Below, in pieces: positions 11,168 to 24,845 of a stretch of 64,000 nt of DNA. The translations under genes and the position numbers were made by a program. The notes under the pieces were generated by a model. It searched no databases, was not told the origin of the DNA, and saw nothing but the letters and a program-made list of their open reading frames with translations. Source of the DNA: Octopus bimaculoides (Eukaryota). The DNA lies in NCBI RefSeq assembly GCF_001194135.2, contig NC_068983.1, positions 134,426,756-134,490,755 on the forward strand. The letters are read 5' to 3'. Position 1 is the stretch's first letter; every line of letters begins with the position of its first letter.

Positions 11168-12522
11168 TTAATCATTTTAGTGTAATGTTTGCTCAATCAT
11201 TCCTATCAAGTGATAAGTTTAAGAAACATATCAGTCATCACTATTGACCCTTCTTAGTCAAAAAAACAACAACATTCTAACTCTAACTCTTCTTGTTAAT
11301 TAAGTAAACTACTGGCTTAACTATGCAACATGAATTTTTCTACTGTAAATTTTATTGTTAATGGTTTAACCTTTTCTCTTCCACTGCCTTAAGTTATACT
11401 GTGGAGATGCTAATACTAACTAGATGGAGCCCATTTTAAAGACTTCATTTGAATATAGTAAATTTGGACTTTTTTTTAAAGAAAATGTATAGTATTTGCA
11501 TTCTATAGTTTTTATTAGTGCATGTTACCATATTTTGATTTGTAACTATGTATGTGGTATAAGCAATCCTTCAAATTTACAAACTATTTTAGTTGTGAAT
11601 TCTGTTGTAGACAAGTTATTTCAATATTTTGTCACTGACTTGAAAGGGAAAGGAAAAAACAAACTATGCAAAATTTACCTTATTTTTTTTTAATATACAA
11701 TGTGCACTCATGTATGAGGCACACTAGTGTTTGCAAATAATGAAGCCCTGAAAAACAAATATCTCTCTTGTGTTATACATAGTCCATTTTCTTTAGTACT
11801 CTGCTGTAGAGAAAATCAGTTTTATTATAACTGCATTGAAAAAAATTTACCTATTCTCAAAGCAATAAACAAATTCAAAAGCGACCTTTGAACTTAACCA
11901 GTGTAGGCTATAAAAGTGTGTCTTCTCTGACGTCAGCCAGTATAGACGAGCATAAGAAACATAATATAAACTGTATATACTTCCACTTAGATAGTTTCGT
12001 TGTTAAATAAATTTGTTCTCTCAACAAAAATGTATACAGTTGTAGTTCATTATAATAAATAGAGTATTTGAAGAACAAAATTATTTTTTCTCCTAATTTA
12101 TAGTCACTTTTCTAGAATGACAGTATTTATGTACTATTCTTATTCATCGTTAACTAATCTAATCTTCACACTGAGTAACTCAAGTAGTGCTTTCAAAAAC
12201 TGAAAAATCCTGAACATTGACAACAGTGATTCTACAGATGCATATCCTGCTGTTGTATCAAACATCAAATATTTTGCTGCTTTTATCTAAAAATGTAACA
12301 TTATTATAGTGATCTTAACCTTTCAGTACACTTGACTGGGAAAGATGTTCATACTTAGTTCTCATATAATGCACAGCCCTATGTTTAGGTTTAAAAATCC
12401 AGAAAAAACATGGTTTTGTATGCAAATAAATATGGTAAATATATACAAATGAGTGTAAGTTGCCTAGGATGGGAATTGCTTGATCTGGAAGTACTTCATG
12501 AAACTTTAATATTTCTTGACAG

Positions 12523-12828
12523 AACAATGATTTTGCCAGTGTAGCCTACTATGTGCTGAAGAACCGTTGTCCCAAAAATGGTAACCTGAGTATCTCAGAT
12601 GTGAACAAATGTTTAGATGATATCGCAGTGTCCAATACTAGCAAGAAACATGATGTTGTACATGAAACAATGCTTCACCTTTTGCGCAACATGACTGCCA
12701 TTGAACAGAAGTGGTTGATCCGCATGGTAATGAAGGAACTAAAAATTGGTTTGAGTCAAGCTTCCATATTTGGTATATTTCACCCTGATGCTGAAGAGAT
12801 GTTTAATGTGAACAATAATCTTGAAAAG
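12523..12828 (+). CDS. LIG4: LIG4 exon ([16 protein letters not shown]...[16 protein letters not shown]...NNNLEK)
   Basis: gacag|...|gtcagt, 306 nt, phase 0/0. Confidence 0.96.
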
Positions 12829-13329
12829 GTCAGTAGAACTGTAATATCTTAGGATGGCTTTCAGTTTCAGAACTTTTGTTGGTTGTAAATGACCATCAAA
12901 TTACATTTGACTGTCCTCTTGAACACAAAACAACACATTAAATATTTCTCTACTAATTATCACTTCTTAAATAAATAAAAATATATAATAATTTCTGATA
13001 TGTTCGCGGTAAGCAAACTTGAAAATCTGGGTGAAAATTATAAATCCACACCAAAGATTCTATATTGAGGCAAGAAAATCTTTTTAGTCATTAGAGTGAT
13101 TATGGGTGTTAATCCAGTCCTAACAGCAGCATTTGTGGGTTTCACAGATTTGGAGGCCAAGCCCCCAGATAAGCAAGTTGTTGTTATTAAATTGAGCGTG
13201 AGTCAAGGGCAAAGTCACTACATGACGGAATAGCAATTATTTCGTCTTAGCTTTCACTGCTTATACTAAACACATGACATTTTTGCCTTACAATATAGAA
13301 CATTTCCTTTTCTTTCACTCTTTTTAAAA

Positions 13330-13640
13330 AATGGCACTCTGTCGGTTACGATGACAAAGTTCCTGTTTATCTGATCAACTGAACAGTCTGCTCATAAAAT
13401 TAATGCACAAGTGGCTGAGTACTCCACAGACATGCATACCATAACAGTTCTCAGGGAGATTCAGCCTCACACAGAATGTGACGAGGCTGGCCCCTTTTCA
13501 AATACAGCTACAACTCATTTTTACCAGCTGAGTAGACTGCAGCAAGGTGAAGTACAGTACCTTGCTCAAGAACACAGCACACTGTCAGGAATCGAACTCA
13601 TGATTTTATGATTGTGGGTCGAATACCCCTAACCACTGAG
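13330..13640 (-). mobile_element. tRNA-SINE family C (Ceph/Deu-type tail), diverged
   Basis: Reverse complement of the 20400-20525 tail; another copy at about 15885-16140 (-). Confidence 0.7.
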
Positions 13641-14753
13641 CCATGCACTTTAACTCTCTTAACCATAGAGAAAGCGGGTGAAGTGATAGAGACAGAGAAA
13701 GGAAAGCCTCAGACATTTAAAATGTTAATTAGAATGAAATACGATCAATCTTTTCTAGCTTCTTTACTTTTAACAATGAAGAAGAGAGAAAAACATTTAG
13801 TAATGAATAGAGGGAAAATCTTTGAGGTATTTACATTTTCATTCTGAGAATTCTTGAAGGATCAAGTGTTAATTCTCTCTTCTTTCCCCCACCCCTGGTA
13901 CTTATTTGCCTTCTTTAATAGTTCTTCATGTCTTTTGCTTGGCAGAAAAGACCATGTTTTTTTTTTCAGGCACATTTAACGTTTTCTCTACAAACTACAA
14001 ACAAGCTCCACTCCCTTCCTTTTTGTTTTTTCATACAAAAACTATTGCAAATTTTGAATGAGGTATAGCTGTGAAAAGAGCCCAGAAAAATGGGTAATAC
14101 CCACTACAAAATGGGTGGGGGAGAAAAGTTGCCAGTAGGTGGCTACACGAAATTCAACTCAGTACTTTAAAGAGTGTCTTCTACTATAGCCGCAGGCCGA
14201 CCAAAGTTTCATGAGTGGATTTGGTAGATGGAAACTGAAAAAAGTCTGTCATATATATGTATATGTCTATATTTATGTGTTTGTCCCCCCACCGCCATCG
14301 CTTGACAAATGATGTTGGTGTGTTTGCATCCCTGTAACTTAGCTGTTCGGTAGAAGAGACTTATAGAAGAAGCACTAGGCTTACATGAAATAAGTCCAGG
14401 AGTCAATTTCTTTGATTAAAGGGCAGTGCTCCAGCATGGCCACAGCCAAATGACTGAAACAAGTAAAAGAATAAAAGAATACCAGAAGAACATTCCATAC
14501 CACTAAACCAAGAAGGTTCTTTGAATATGTTCAATGTATTTTGAGGCTAAATACTAATACTGAGATATTTTGGTTGGATTATATAGTTATCGATTTTACA
14601 CTTCTTTCTGTATTCTGTGTCACAATATAGAAGCATTTCTCATGGCACCAGCACACAATTTACAAATGCATACATTCTTTATGCTTTCCGTGAAGTTTTC
14701 CCGGGTCCAGCTAGTAATAATAACAACTTTGACTTGTTTTCCATGTTTTAAAG

Positions 14754-14858
14754 GTCTGTTTACAACTATCAGATCCTAACGTCAGATCTCATGAGATTGC
14801 CATTTCTTTATTTACTCCATTTTCACCAATGTTAGGAGAAACTGCTCACCCAAACAAG
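14754..14858 (+). CDS. LIG4: LIG4 exon (VCLQLSDPNVRSHEIAISLFTPFSPMLGETAHPNK)
   Basis: ttaaag|...|gtaact, phase 0/0. Confidence 0.95.
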
Positions 14859-16140
14859 GTAACTATACTTATCTAAACTTATAACTTATTTTTAATGTGT
14901 CTCACTTGTTTTATTTATATCTGTATATTTCCTTTGTTTCTGTTTTTAATTATTTTATCCCATATAATAGAAGTTATAGTTGACAATGTTGATATTCTAA
15001 CAGTTTCTTTATATGCACCATCATCATCATCATTATTTAACGTCTGCTTTCTATGCTGGCATGGGTTGGACAGTTTGACAAGAGCTGGCAAGCCAGAGAA
15101 CTATACCAAGCTCTATTGTCTGCTTTGACATGGTGTCTATCACTGGATGCCTTTCTTAACACCAACCGCTTTACAGAGTTACTGGGTGCTCTTTTTGTAG
15201 CACCCGTACTGGCAGAGTCACCAAGCAACTTGCAAAACAAGACAAAGTCCCCTCAAACAGCAGGAGTAGTATTGAAGGCAGCAGCTTCATGCTAGAGAAG
15301 TTAAAAGAATAATTGAGAGATAGAGATAGGTGTCTTGCTATAGAAGAAATACAAGGATATAACAGTTGGAGAAGAAGGAAGGATAGAGATGGAGAAAGTG
15401 GGAGAGATGTTGGTGGATATGTATCAGGACATACCCTCAAGGCACAGTGAGGGAATATACATAAAGTGATACAGAGGATTGGACTGGGTGGGGGAACAGA
15501 AAGGAAAATTTTAAAAGAATATGAAGAGAAATGGTTAGCTGGAATCGAGGTGGCTGTTGCAATTGAAGGTGAGAGATATTAAATGGTCAGCACTTCATTA
15601 TGCAACTCTCCTCATCCATATGCATCACATGACCAAACCAGCAGTCATCTCTCTTACACACATTACACCTAATTCCTCTTTGACATTGACATAGCACATC
15701 CAACAGAGTATACTAGCTCTATTCCTCTCTAGTCTTCATGCGTCATCTGCATTTAGGGCACACCTCTCACTACCATGTAGCATTGTACAATTTCCCTTTC
15801 ATTCAGCTTTTACATGGTGTTGGCATGGCTGCTATTATGTGGTGCCTATACATAATCTATATATTTATAGAAGCTAAACTAAACTGGCACTTCGTCGGTT
15901 ACAATAACGAGGGTTCCAGTTGATCCAATCAATGGAACAGCTTGCTCATAGAATTAACATGCAAGTAGTTGAGCATTCCACAGACACACATACCCGTAAC
16001 ATAGTTCTCAAGAAGATTCAACCTGACACAGAATGTGATAAGGCCAGCCCTTTGAAACACAGGTACTACTCATTTTTTTTCCCAGCTGAGTGAACTGGAG
16101 CAACGTGAAATTAAGTGTTTTGCTTAAGGAGATAACGCAT

Positions 16141-16184
<44 letters not shown>

Positions 16185-16431
16185 CATACATACATACATC
16201 TATATATATACATCATTGTATCCAAGGAGCATGGTATAAGTAAGTCTTTTTATTTCATTGATTTACAGTTTTTTCTTCAAAAATCAATCTCATGAGCATT
16301 GCAATAATATAGACAACCATTGATGCATAAGGTTATCATAAACGTAAAATCAGAAATTGATTCTTTGGAATCATGTGTAAATGTTGTATAAATATATATA
16401 TATGTGTGTGTGTGTTTGAATTTTTTTGTAG

Positions 16432-16538
16432 ATTTCTGAAGTATTGTCTGGGAAGCCCTATTTGATTGAGACTAAATTTGATGGTGAAAGGATACAGCTT
16501 CACAAACAAAATGATGACTATAGTTACTTCTCTCGAAA
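16432..16538 (+). CDS. LIG4: LIG4 exon with catalytic lysine ([13 protein letters not shown])
   Basis: ttgtag|...|gtaaga; KxDG motif I, Lys codon at 16474-16476; ends phase 2. Confidence 0.97.
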
Positions 16539-17064
16539 GTAAGACAATTTTCCTGATATAGGCCATTTACATTGTGTGTCTGTGTGAGAGAGTATGTGTG
16601 TGTGCGTGTGTGTGTGTGTAAATAGTACAGCATCATTCCTACCCACATCTAACCCATGTAGGCCAGATAGATCCAGCTACAACTACCGATTTGGGGCCAA
16701 ATGCCTGCTCTAAGCCCATTGCAGGAAATTTATATACATGTCCAACCCATGCCAGCATGGCCAGTGGACATTAAACAATGATGCTGATATGTGTATATGT
16801 ATATATAAGCTGGAAGGCTGCACCAGACTCCAGTCTGATTTGGCATGGTTTTCTACAGCTGGATGCCCTTCCTAACACCAACCACTCCGAGCTAATGTAG
16901 TATCACCTTTCTATTTTGTTAAAGTGGTAACTTAACTACCTATCCTTTCTGATACTGTTACAAACACATCATCCAGTCCAGGTATTGTAACCACAATCTT
17001 ACGCTCATGAGTCCAACGCCCTAGCCACTAAGCCATGCACCTCCACGTAAGAGAGTATACATGG

Positions 17065-17700
17065 CCACAATAACAGAGCACAGAAATAATGTTGAGTTTG
17101 TGGTGAAGGTTGGATAGCACCAGGAATCAGTATTAAACTTACTACTATTTGTAATTATGATAAAGGTGCTACTGACTTTAAGTGTAAAGAAGAGTTTACT
17201 ATGGAAATTACTATCCATAGATGATATGGTATTAATAATAGTAAGCATGGTTGGATTGAAAGTAAACATAAATATATGGATGGACTGTATGGAGGTGAAA
17301 GGTATGAGGATAAACATCAGAAAGTAAAAGATGATGGTAAATGGTAACACATTTTGTGAGGTGGAGAGAAGAGGAAAGTGGTCGCATGCATTGTGTAAGG
17401 AAGATGTTTGGAGTGGACTCCATTAAATGTACAATATGTGCTGAGGGGTTATATTGGAAATGAGGTGGTGTGAGGGGATCATTTAGTAATTTAACAGTTG
17501 CACTTAAGTATAAGGTGTTTATGAAAGAGACTGTAGATGGGATGTTGAGATGGATTTTGGAAATGGCATTAAGACAGAAGACATCAAAACATTTTATTAC
17601 CTACGATACATGAAGACATGAAGAATAGAGGAATGGATTAGACTCAGTGACAGTAGCTAGAGTGAGATGCACATGGAAAAAGTTCTGGGAATTGAATGGC
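17065..17700 (+). mobile_element. old, decayed RTE RT fragment
   Basis: Traces of VKVG.HQ.SVL, SIDDMVLI and GKW..C motifs, broken by stops. Confidence 0.6.
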
Positions 17701-17952
17701 ATGTTATTGTATATACAATAACATACCCTTTGTGTCATCATCATCATCATCGTCGTTTAACGTCCGCTTTCCATGCTAGCAAGGGTTGGACGATTTGACT
17801 GAGGACTGGTGAAAACCAGATGGCTACACCAGGCTCCAATCTGTATGTATATATATTTATGTATATAACTTGCATTCACTATCAATACTACAACTACCAC
17901 TGCCAAGAAATAACCATGCAAGCTTTCTTCATTTATTTATTTTCATTTCCAG

Positions 17953-18098
17953 TGGACATAATTATTCAAAAACATTTGGAGCATCTGCCTTTCAAGGTAC
18001 CATTACACAATACATTCATCAGAGCTTTCTTCCTGGTGTCCATTCCTGCATCTTAGATGGAGAAATGCTTGGATACAACTCAGACACTGACAAGTTTG
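17953..18098 (+). CDS. LIG4: LIG4 exon (GHNYSKTFG...CILDGEMLGYNSDTDKF)
   Basis: ttccag|...|gtaagt, phase 2/1. Confidence 0.96.
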
Positions 18099-18145
18099 GT
18101 AAGTTATTCACTTTAGCTGGAAGCGTTGTTTCCCTTTAACACAAA

Positions 18146-18187
<42 letters not shown>

Positions 18188-19453
18188 CATACACATACAT
18201 TCACACACCTACACATATATAGACACAGATGTAACTGTTTGGTAAGAACTTTGATTCCCAACCACATGGTTTGAGGTTCAGTCCCACTGCATGGCACCTT
18301 GGGAAAGTGCCTTCTACATCATCCTTTAACATTTTTTCCATGCTGATGTGTGTGTATATATATATATATATACATGGGTACTGGTGTGTTTTCATCCCTG
18401 TAACTTAGCAGTTCAGCAAAAGAAACCAGTAGGCTAAGTACTAAGCTTTAAAAAAAGTCCTGGTGTCGAATTGTTCAACTGAAACCGTTCAAGGCATGCT
18501 CCAGTATGGCTGCAGTCAAATGACTGAAATAAGTGTGTGTGTGTGTTATACACACATACACTTAGCTAATCAAATTTCCTTTAAACCATACCTTAAATGT
18601 ATCAAAAATAAGGGAAGGACATTTGGGTGTAAAAGGGTATGATGAGGAATATATTGGATAATATATTCTTCTTTACAGAATATCTAGAAAAAATAGATAG
18701 ATTGGTCATGGTGAGAATGCCTTTGAACAAAGATCTGTTCAACCAGTGTTGGATCAAATCAAGAATGACAAAATGGCCACATTTAAAAGCACAAATCTTC
18801 TCAAAGCATCTCCTTTGCAGTTGGCAATTTCACTGCCATGCCAATCATTTGGTACAACACTTCCTTTCTTAAGCCCTACTTTGCTAGATATCTTCATTGT
18901 CTCAGCAACTTACCTATAGCCCTGCTACTCTTTCTCTCTGTTTTCATATACTTAATGACCTTTGTTACTTCAATGGCTAGTCTCTCTATTCGATATATTC
19001 TGAGTAGTTTCTCTTCCTCACACACATTTTTCATATTCATCAAACTCTCACAATAGCATTTTTCAGGCCTCTTTCTTCTAAGTATCTGCATTAGTAAGTG
19101 CACTATTTTCATTTCAAACATATTTTCCCTAATAAGTTTTGATTTACCTTGATACTTTGCTTTGCAATCTGAAATAGCTTTTACCTCTAATCTTCTTGTA
19201 GCAAAAGATTGGCAAACTTCTGATTTTTCTACTTCTGTTTATGCTATGTAATCTCTCTCAAATTACGTCTTCTAATGTAGTTCTAGTTAGAACATACATA
19301 CAGAAAAATTATGCCTGCAACACATTTGATCTTAGATCAGTTCAGTCTGGGATGATTAGGAGCTAAGCAACAACATAACACGCATGCACAAAATTATACA
19401 AACACTTATACATATATAAACCATTGAAAAACATGTTTTCTAACTTGTTACAG

Positions 19454-19655
19454 GAACCAAAGCCAATCATTATGATATCAAATCAGCTGACAGTGGTGAT
19501 TACAACCCTTGTTTCATAGTCTTTGATATTCTATTGCATAACGATAAAGTCTTGACAAATTTACCAATCACAGAGCGCCTACCGTACATACGAGAGACCC
19601 TTGCACCCATCAGTGGTAGAATACAGATTAGTCACTATACACAAGGTGTATCTAA
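19454..19655 (+). CDS. LIG4: LIG4 exon (TKANHYDIK...CFIVFDILLHNDK...GRIQISHYTQGVS)
   Basis: ttacag|...|gtgagt, phase 1/2. Confidence 0.95.
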
Positions 19656-19794
19656 GTGAGTACAGAATAACTCTACTGATTTTTTTTCTCTTTTTTATTT
19701 TTGCTTATGTAGCTGTTGAGTTACCCGAGTCTGTTTCCCAGCTGGTTTGCAACACCATTGTACATGAGTTGCATTCTGTTCACTTACAAAACCA

Positions 19795-19905
19795 GGGCAA
19801 CCTTTGATGGACCTGATGGTTGGGTTTGTTTTGGAGATGAGTGTCACGAATGTTTACGACGTCAGCAACAGGGTGGAGGTGTCATGTTGTGGGCTGTTAT
19901 ATATT
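19795..19905 (+). mobile_element. Tc3-like (Tc1/mariner) transposase fragment
   Basis: FDGPDGW...RRQQQGGGVMLWAVI resembles the Tc3 NLDGPDG...RR.FGGG.VMVW segment. Confidence 0.6.
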
Positions 19906-20151
19906 CTTTTCTACTCTAGGTACAAGACCCGAAATTTTGGGGGGAGGAGGCTAATCAATTAGATGGACCTCAGTATGCAACTGGTACTTAATTTATCGAC
20001 TCCAAAAGGATGAAAAGCAAGGTTGACCTCAGCGGAATTTGAACTCAGAACATAAAGACAGACGAAATACTGCTAAGCATTTCACCCGGCATGCTAACGT
20101 TTCTTCCAGTTCGCCGCCTTTATATTGTTATATATATATATATAGTTGTTG

Positions 20152-20527
20152 TGGAGGTGCAATAGCCCAGTGGTTAGGGCAGCGGACTCGCGGTCATAGG
20201 ATCGCGGTTTTGATTCCCAGACCGGGTGTTGTGTTTATTGAGCGAAAGCACCTAAAGCTCCACGAGGCTCTGGAAGGGGATGGTGGCGAACCCTGCTGTA
20301 CTCTTTCACCACAACTTTCTCTCACTCTTACTTCCTCTTTCTGTTGTGCCTGTAATTCAAAGGGTCAGCCTTGTCACATTGTGTCATGCTGAATATCCCC
20401 GAGAACTATGTTAAGGGTACACGTGTCTGTGGAGTGCTCAGCCACTTGCACGTTAATTTCACAAGCAGGCTGTTCCGTTGATCGGATCAACTGGAACCCT
20501 CGACGTCATAAGCGACGGAGTGCCAAC
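20152..20527 (+). mobile_element. tRNA-headed SINE family C, near full length
   Basis: A-box TAGCCCAGTGG and B-box GGTTTTGATTCCC, followed by the tail shared with 13330-13640 and 15885-16140. Confidence 0.8.
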
Positions 20528-21356
20528 CACCACCATATAGTTGTTATATATATAGTGAATATGATGTTATATTAACCATATACAATGAAGAGTAACAGCT
20601 AGATTGTCTAATCTGCTTTTGAAAGTTTGACAACTCTGGCTGTGGCAGGGATAGACAAGGTAAACTCGATTGGAATATGTCTTGGTTAGTCCACAGATGC
20701 AGTGGACCAAGTTAACACTTTGTTTCAATTGTAGCAGGGTAATATTCTGAAGAGCACTATAAGTAACTGGAGAGTAATGGATGACTGCAGTTTTTCATAG
20801 ACACTGGCGAGTTATGTGAAGTGAGAGTCGGTTTTTGTACATAATAAAAGGAAAAGAGATAAGTGTGATGGATGTGTTTGAATAAAGTAGAGACATGGAA
20901 ACAAACAATTATAGTTGTAATAATAGTAGACAGAACACAGTATAATGGTAAGTTAGTTTGGCAAGTTCTTTTGATAGGTTAGCAAATATTACATTAGTTT
21001 GAAGTATAGACCTCATATTTTAGAATGCAAATTTCAATAAAAATAGGTTTACTGCTACAAAGCTAATTAAAAGACATGTAGGTTAGTGATAGAGTTCTTA
21101 TATAGATATAATATTTAGTAGCATTCTGAGTTCAAGCCTTGCTACGTTTAACTTGGTTGCTCAGCATTTCCTGATTCAAGCAGAAGTTTCATTTTTGAAT
21201 CTTCAAGCCAAGCCAAATATGAGATAGTTAGTCAAATACACAGCTGTACCTTAATCGTATTCAACAATGTATAGTTACTCAACAGTTCCCATGGCATAAT
21301 TTTATAAGAATTTTGACTTCATTTATCAACTAATAAATATATTTCTCCTTCTCCAG

Positions 21357-21639
21357 GGCTGACTGCATTGAAGCCTTGAACAAGGCAATCGATGACCGAG
21401 AAGAAGGAATAATGATAAAGGACTGTGAATCAGTGTATCGGCCCAAAGCCCGACGAGAGGGATGGTTCAAGGTGAAACCAGAATATGTTGATGGTTTGAT
21501 GGATCAATTTGACTTACTGATTATTGGTGGCTACAGAGGCACAGGACATCGGTCAGGACTAATGTCTCACTTCCTCCTTGCTCTTGCAAAGACACCTAAA
21601 GATGGTGGAAAACCAAATATATTTCATTCTTTCTGTAAG
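21357..21639 (+). CDS. LIG4: LIG4 exon ([16 protein letters not shown]...[11 protein letters not shown]...FHSFCK)
   Basis: ctccag|...|gtacaa, phase 2/0; ligase motifs IV and V. Confidence 0.97.
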
Positions 21640-22059
21640 GTACAAATTTTTTTTTATTTTCCATGTGAATTTTGTTTCCTGTTTATTATTGAAACATCTT
21701 CATATTTATTCTTCACAAAGTAAATTTGATTTTGACCTGTAAGATACTTCGCTGCAAATGTCTCTCAAAGAGTTTTTAAAAGCCAATGCTTAGCTCTAAC
21801 CTTTTGGCTTTAAGTAGTTCATATTCCCACTAAAAAGGATATCTGATACCATTCCCAGATGATCTACTATAGATTACTAACAACTAAGTGGATTGAGAAT
21901 TTAGTTTACTGCCTTTCCAGTAAATTTAAAGTCACAACATATCATTTAGTAACCCATTATCTTATTCACTTGGGAACACCCAGTCTATGATATTAATCCT
22001 TAGCTCTGGTTTTAGGATGTTGAGTGGATGAAAGATAAATCACTACCCACATAGGATAT

Positions 22060-22620
22060 TAATAGATTTAGGACCAGAGAACTGAAATATTTCAGATCGC
22101 AAGTCAGTCTGTGAAAGAAAATTTTGATGTCATAGGAGAGAAATGTGTCCGCATGGATGATGGTGCACTTGCATTTAATGATTCTGCAAAGAAAGAGGCT
22201 TGGAGATGCCATTATGAAGGACTGTTGAATGTGGAGAATGAATGGGAGGAGGAGAGCCTGCCAAATGTTGATCCAATTGAGGGTCCAGCCTCAGCCCCCT
22301 CTTATACATCATAGTCCTAGAAGTAGTTGATAGCTTCCGTTACCTAGGTGACCAAGTCAGTAGCGGGTGCACTGAAAGTGTAGCTGCTAGTATAAGAATA
22401 GCCTGGGCAAAGTTCAGAGAGCTCTTACCTCTGCTGGTGACAAAAGACCTCTCGCTCAGAGTAAAAGGTACGAACAGCCATGCTACACGGTAGTGAAACA
22501 TGGGCCGTGACTGCTGACGACATGAGTAAGCTTGCAAGGAATGAAGCCAGTATACTCCGCTGGATGTGTAATGTCAGTGTGCATACTCAACAGAGTGTGA
22601 GTACCTTCTTTGATGAATGT
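22060..22620 (+). mobile_element. internally deleted RTE LINE (pre-RT linker fused to post-RT region)
   Basis: KEAWRCHYEGLLNVENEW then LGDQV..AWAKFRELLPLL..MLHGSETWAV..LRWMCNV; the RT core is absent. Confidence 0.85.
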
Positions 22621-23265
22621 ACCCTATTAACTTCACCATTCACACTCTCTTTATGCAATACAAATCATCATCATCACCGTTTAACATCCGCTTTCCATAC
22701 TGGCAAGCTGGGAGGCAGCACCAGGCTCCAATCTGATTTGGCAAGGCTTCTACAGCTGGATGCCCTTCTTAACACCAACCACTCCGAGAGTGTAGTGGGT
22801 GCTTTTACATGTGATCAGCACGGGAGCCAGTCAGGCGGCACTGGCATCGGCCACACTCGAATGGTGTTTTTTATGTGCCACTGGCATGGGTGCCAGTCAG
22901 GCAACTTGCAAACCCATTCAACTCATACTAGCTTGGAAAAAAATGTAAATTCTTTTAGTCTATTTTGTCTCTAATCACAAAATATGCAGCGTTGTATTTC
23001 TCTATTTTTCATGTAAAACATTATAGATTTTAACCCTTATTGATTTACAATAACAAGTCAATCTTCAAGAATGTCTATACTTTTCTTTGTTTATTGCCAT
23101 TCAAATACTTTTGTCAAAATTTTGAACAATAACACCCATGTTCTTTTTATGTCTCTTAAAAATCATTTCATCTCCTTCAGTGTTAAAACATTAGTAGGCA
23201 TCATCTCCAAAAGGTTCCAATGTTATTTTAAGGAAGCTGTTCATTTTTGGTCATTTCCTTTCTAG

Positions 23266-23430
23266 GTTGGGTCAGGATATACAAAAAATGAATTAACTGA
23301 ACTCAATGAAAAATTATACAAACACTGGAAAAAGAGTGATGAAAACCCACCCAAGTCAATTGTTTTGCCGCCTGGATTCAAAGAGAAACCATCTGTTTGG
23401 ATTGAACCTTCTAAATCATGTATTGTGCAG
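23266..23430 (+). CDS. LIG4: LIG4 exon ([10 protein letters not shown]...[17 protein letters not shown])
   Basis: tctag|...|gtcagt, phase 0/0. Confidence 0.96.
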
Positions 23431-23794
23431 GTCAGTAGATTTTGAAGGAGTGATATTTTGAGTGTCGCTGTTGTATGGAGGTGGTGTTGGTATATGTAAT
23501 GTAAAATTGCCTAAGTATTTTACAGTTTGTAGGGTGGTTCCTGAGAGTTTTATGCTATAGAGTGGTAATGAGATAAGGAGGAAGAAACTGTATTGGTTAC
23601 CTTATAATATTGATTGGGGCATTTCTATAGTATAAAACTATAGTATTATACACTACTATAACCTGTTGCATTAACAGCTTTGTTTGACTCTTTACTACCT
23701 CAACAGGTTTGAATGAACCCAGTAGAAATATTTACTCACTGTTTCTTATTTAATTCATTCAATGATTGACAGATCTTTTTTATTTATTGTACAG

Positions 23795-23932
23795 GTAAAG
23801 GCAGCAGAAATTGTATCAAGTGACAAGTTTCAAACTGGTTGCACCCTCCGTTTCCCTCGAGTAGAGAAGATTCGTGATGATAAATCTTGGTTTGAATGTA
23901 TGACAACTAGGGACTTGGAAGACCTGAAACAG
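23795..23932 (+). CDS. LIG4: LIG4 exon ([35 protein letters not shown]...)
   Basis: tacag|...|gttatt, phase 0/0; motif VI. Confidence 0.97.
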
Positions 23933-24698
23933 GTTATTACATTTCTATAGTAAAGGTTGATCAAATTATTAATCTCACTAATTATACATATCCTACTCTC
24001 TCTGCAGGCAGCTGATGGAACTAACTTTTCTAAATGTCCTACATCTAGTCAGTCAGGTGTTTTGATTGGTTATGAGGCTGATCTCATCCTATCCAATGTA
24101 TCTGGAAGTCAGTATGTATATAATGAAGTACCTTCTGGTTATTAGTCATATTTAGAAATTAGAATACATTATATTACTTAGTGGTAATTATACACCCTTT
24201 ATAGGCAATATATATTAGATTATTCTGGCCAGTAGATGGCCAGAATACATTAGTCAAGATACCTTGTGACCAGAATACAGTGATTAAAATACCTAGTGGT
24301 CAGAATATACTGATGAAGATAGAAAATGTTGATTAAAATACCCAGTGACCAAAATGCATTTATTAAAGTATGAAGTGGGCAATATTCATTGATTCAAGTG
24401 CTTAGCGCTAGACTACATTGAGGTACCTTGCAGCCAGAGTATATTATGGTACCTACACAAACTACAGTATGGTACATCACCAGAGTATATTAAGTTATTT
24501 ATTAGCCAGAATAGGTAAACATACCTGGTGGCTAGACTACATTGATTAAGGTACCTCTTCACCAAAATAAATCGATTAAAGTACCAGCTGACGCTATTGT
24601 TGTTTAACAGACTCCATTTCAAAATCCAGCTCAGATATTAGATCCTGCTTTATCATATGAACTTGCAATTTCTTTCTTCCTCTCTTGATATATTCCAG

Positions 24699-24845
24699 AA
24701 ATCAGGAGGTAAACTGTCCAACAAATTATATGAAAGTATGGATGATACAACACCTGTCAAAAAGAAGAGGACAGTGGCACCCAAGGTAGAGAAAAAAGGA
24801 GTGATGGAGAGATTCAAACCTTCCGATACCTCTCATGTGAAAATG
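24699..24845 (+). CDS. LIG4: LIG4 exon (linker with basic KKKR NLS-like patch)
   Basis: ttccag|KSGGKLSNKL...PVKKKRTVAPK...|gtgagt, phase 0/0. Confidence 0.94.

Noticed and set aside
20152-20226. tRNA gene candidate
   Set aside because: It is a SINE head with a degenerate B-box, continuing into a multi-copy SINE body.
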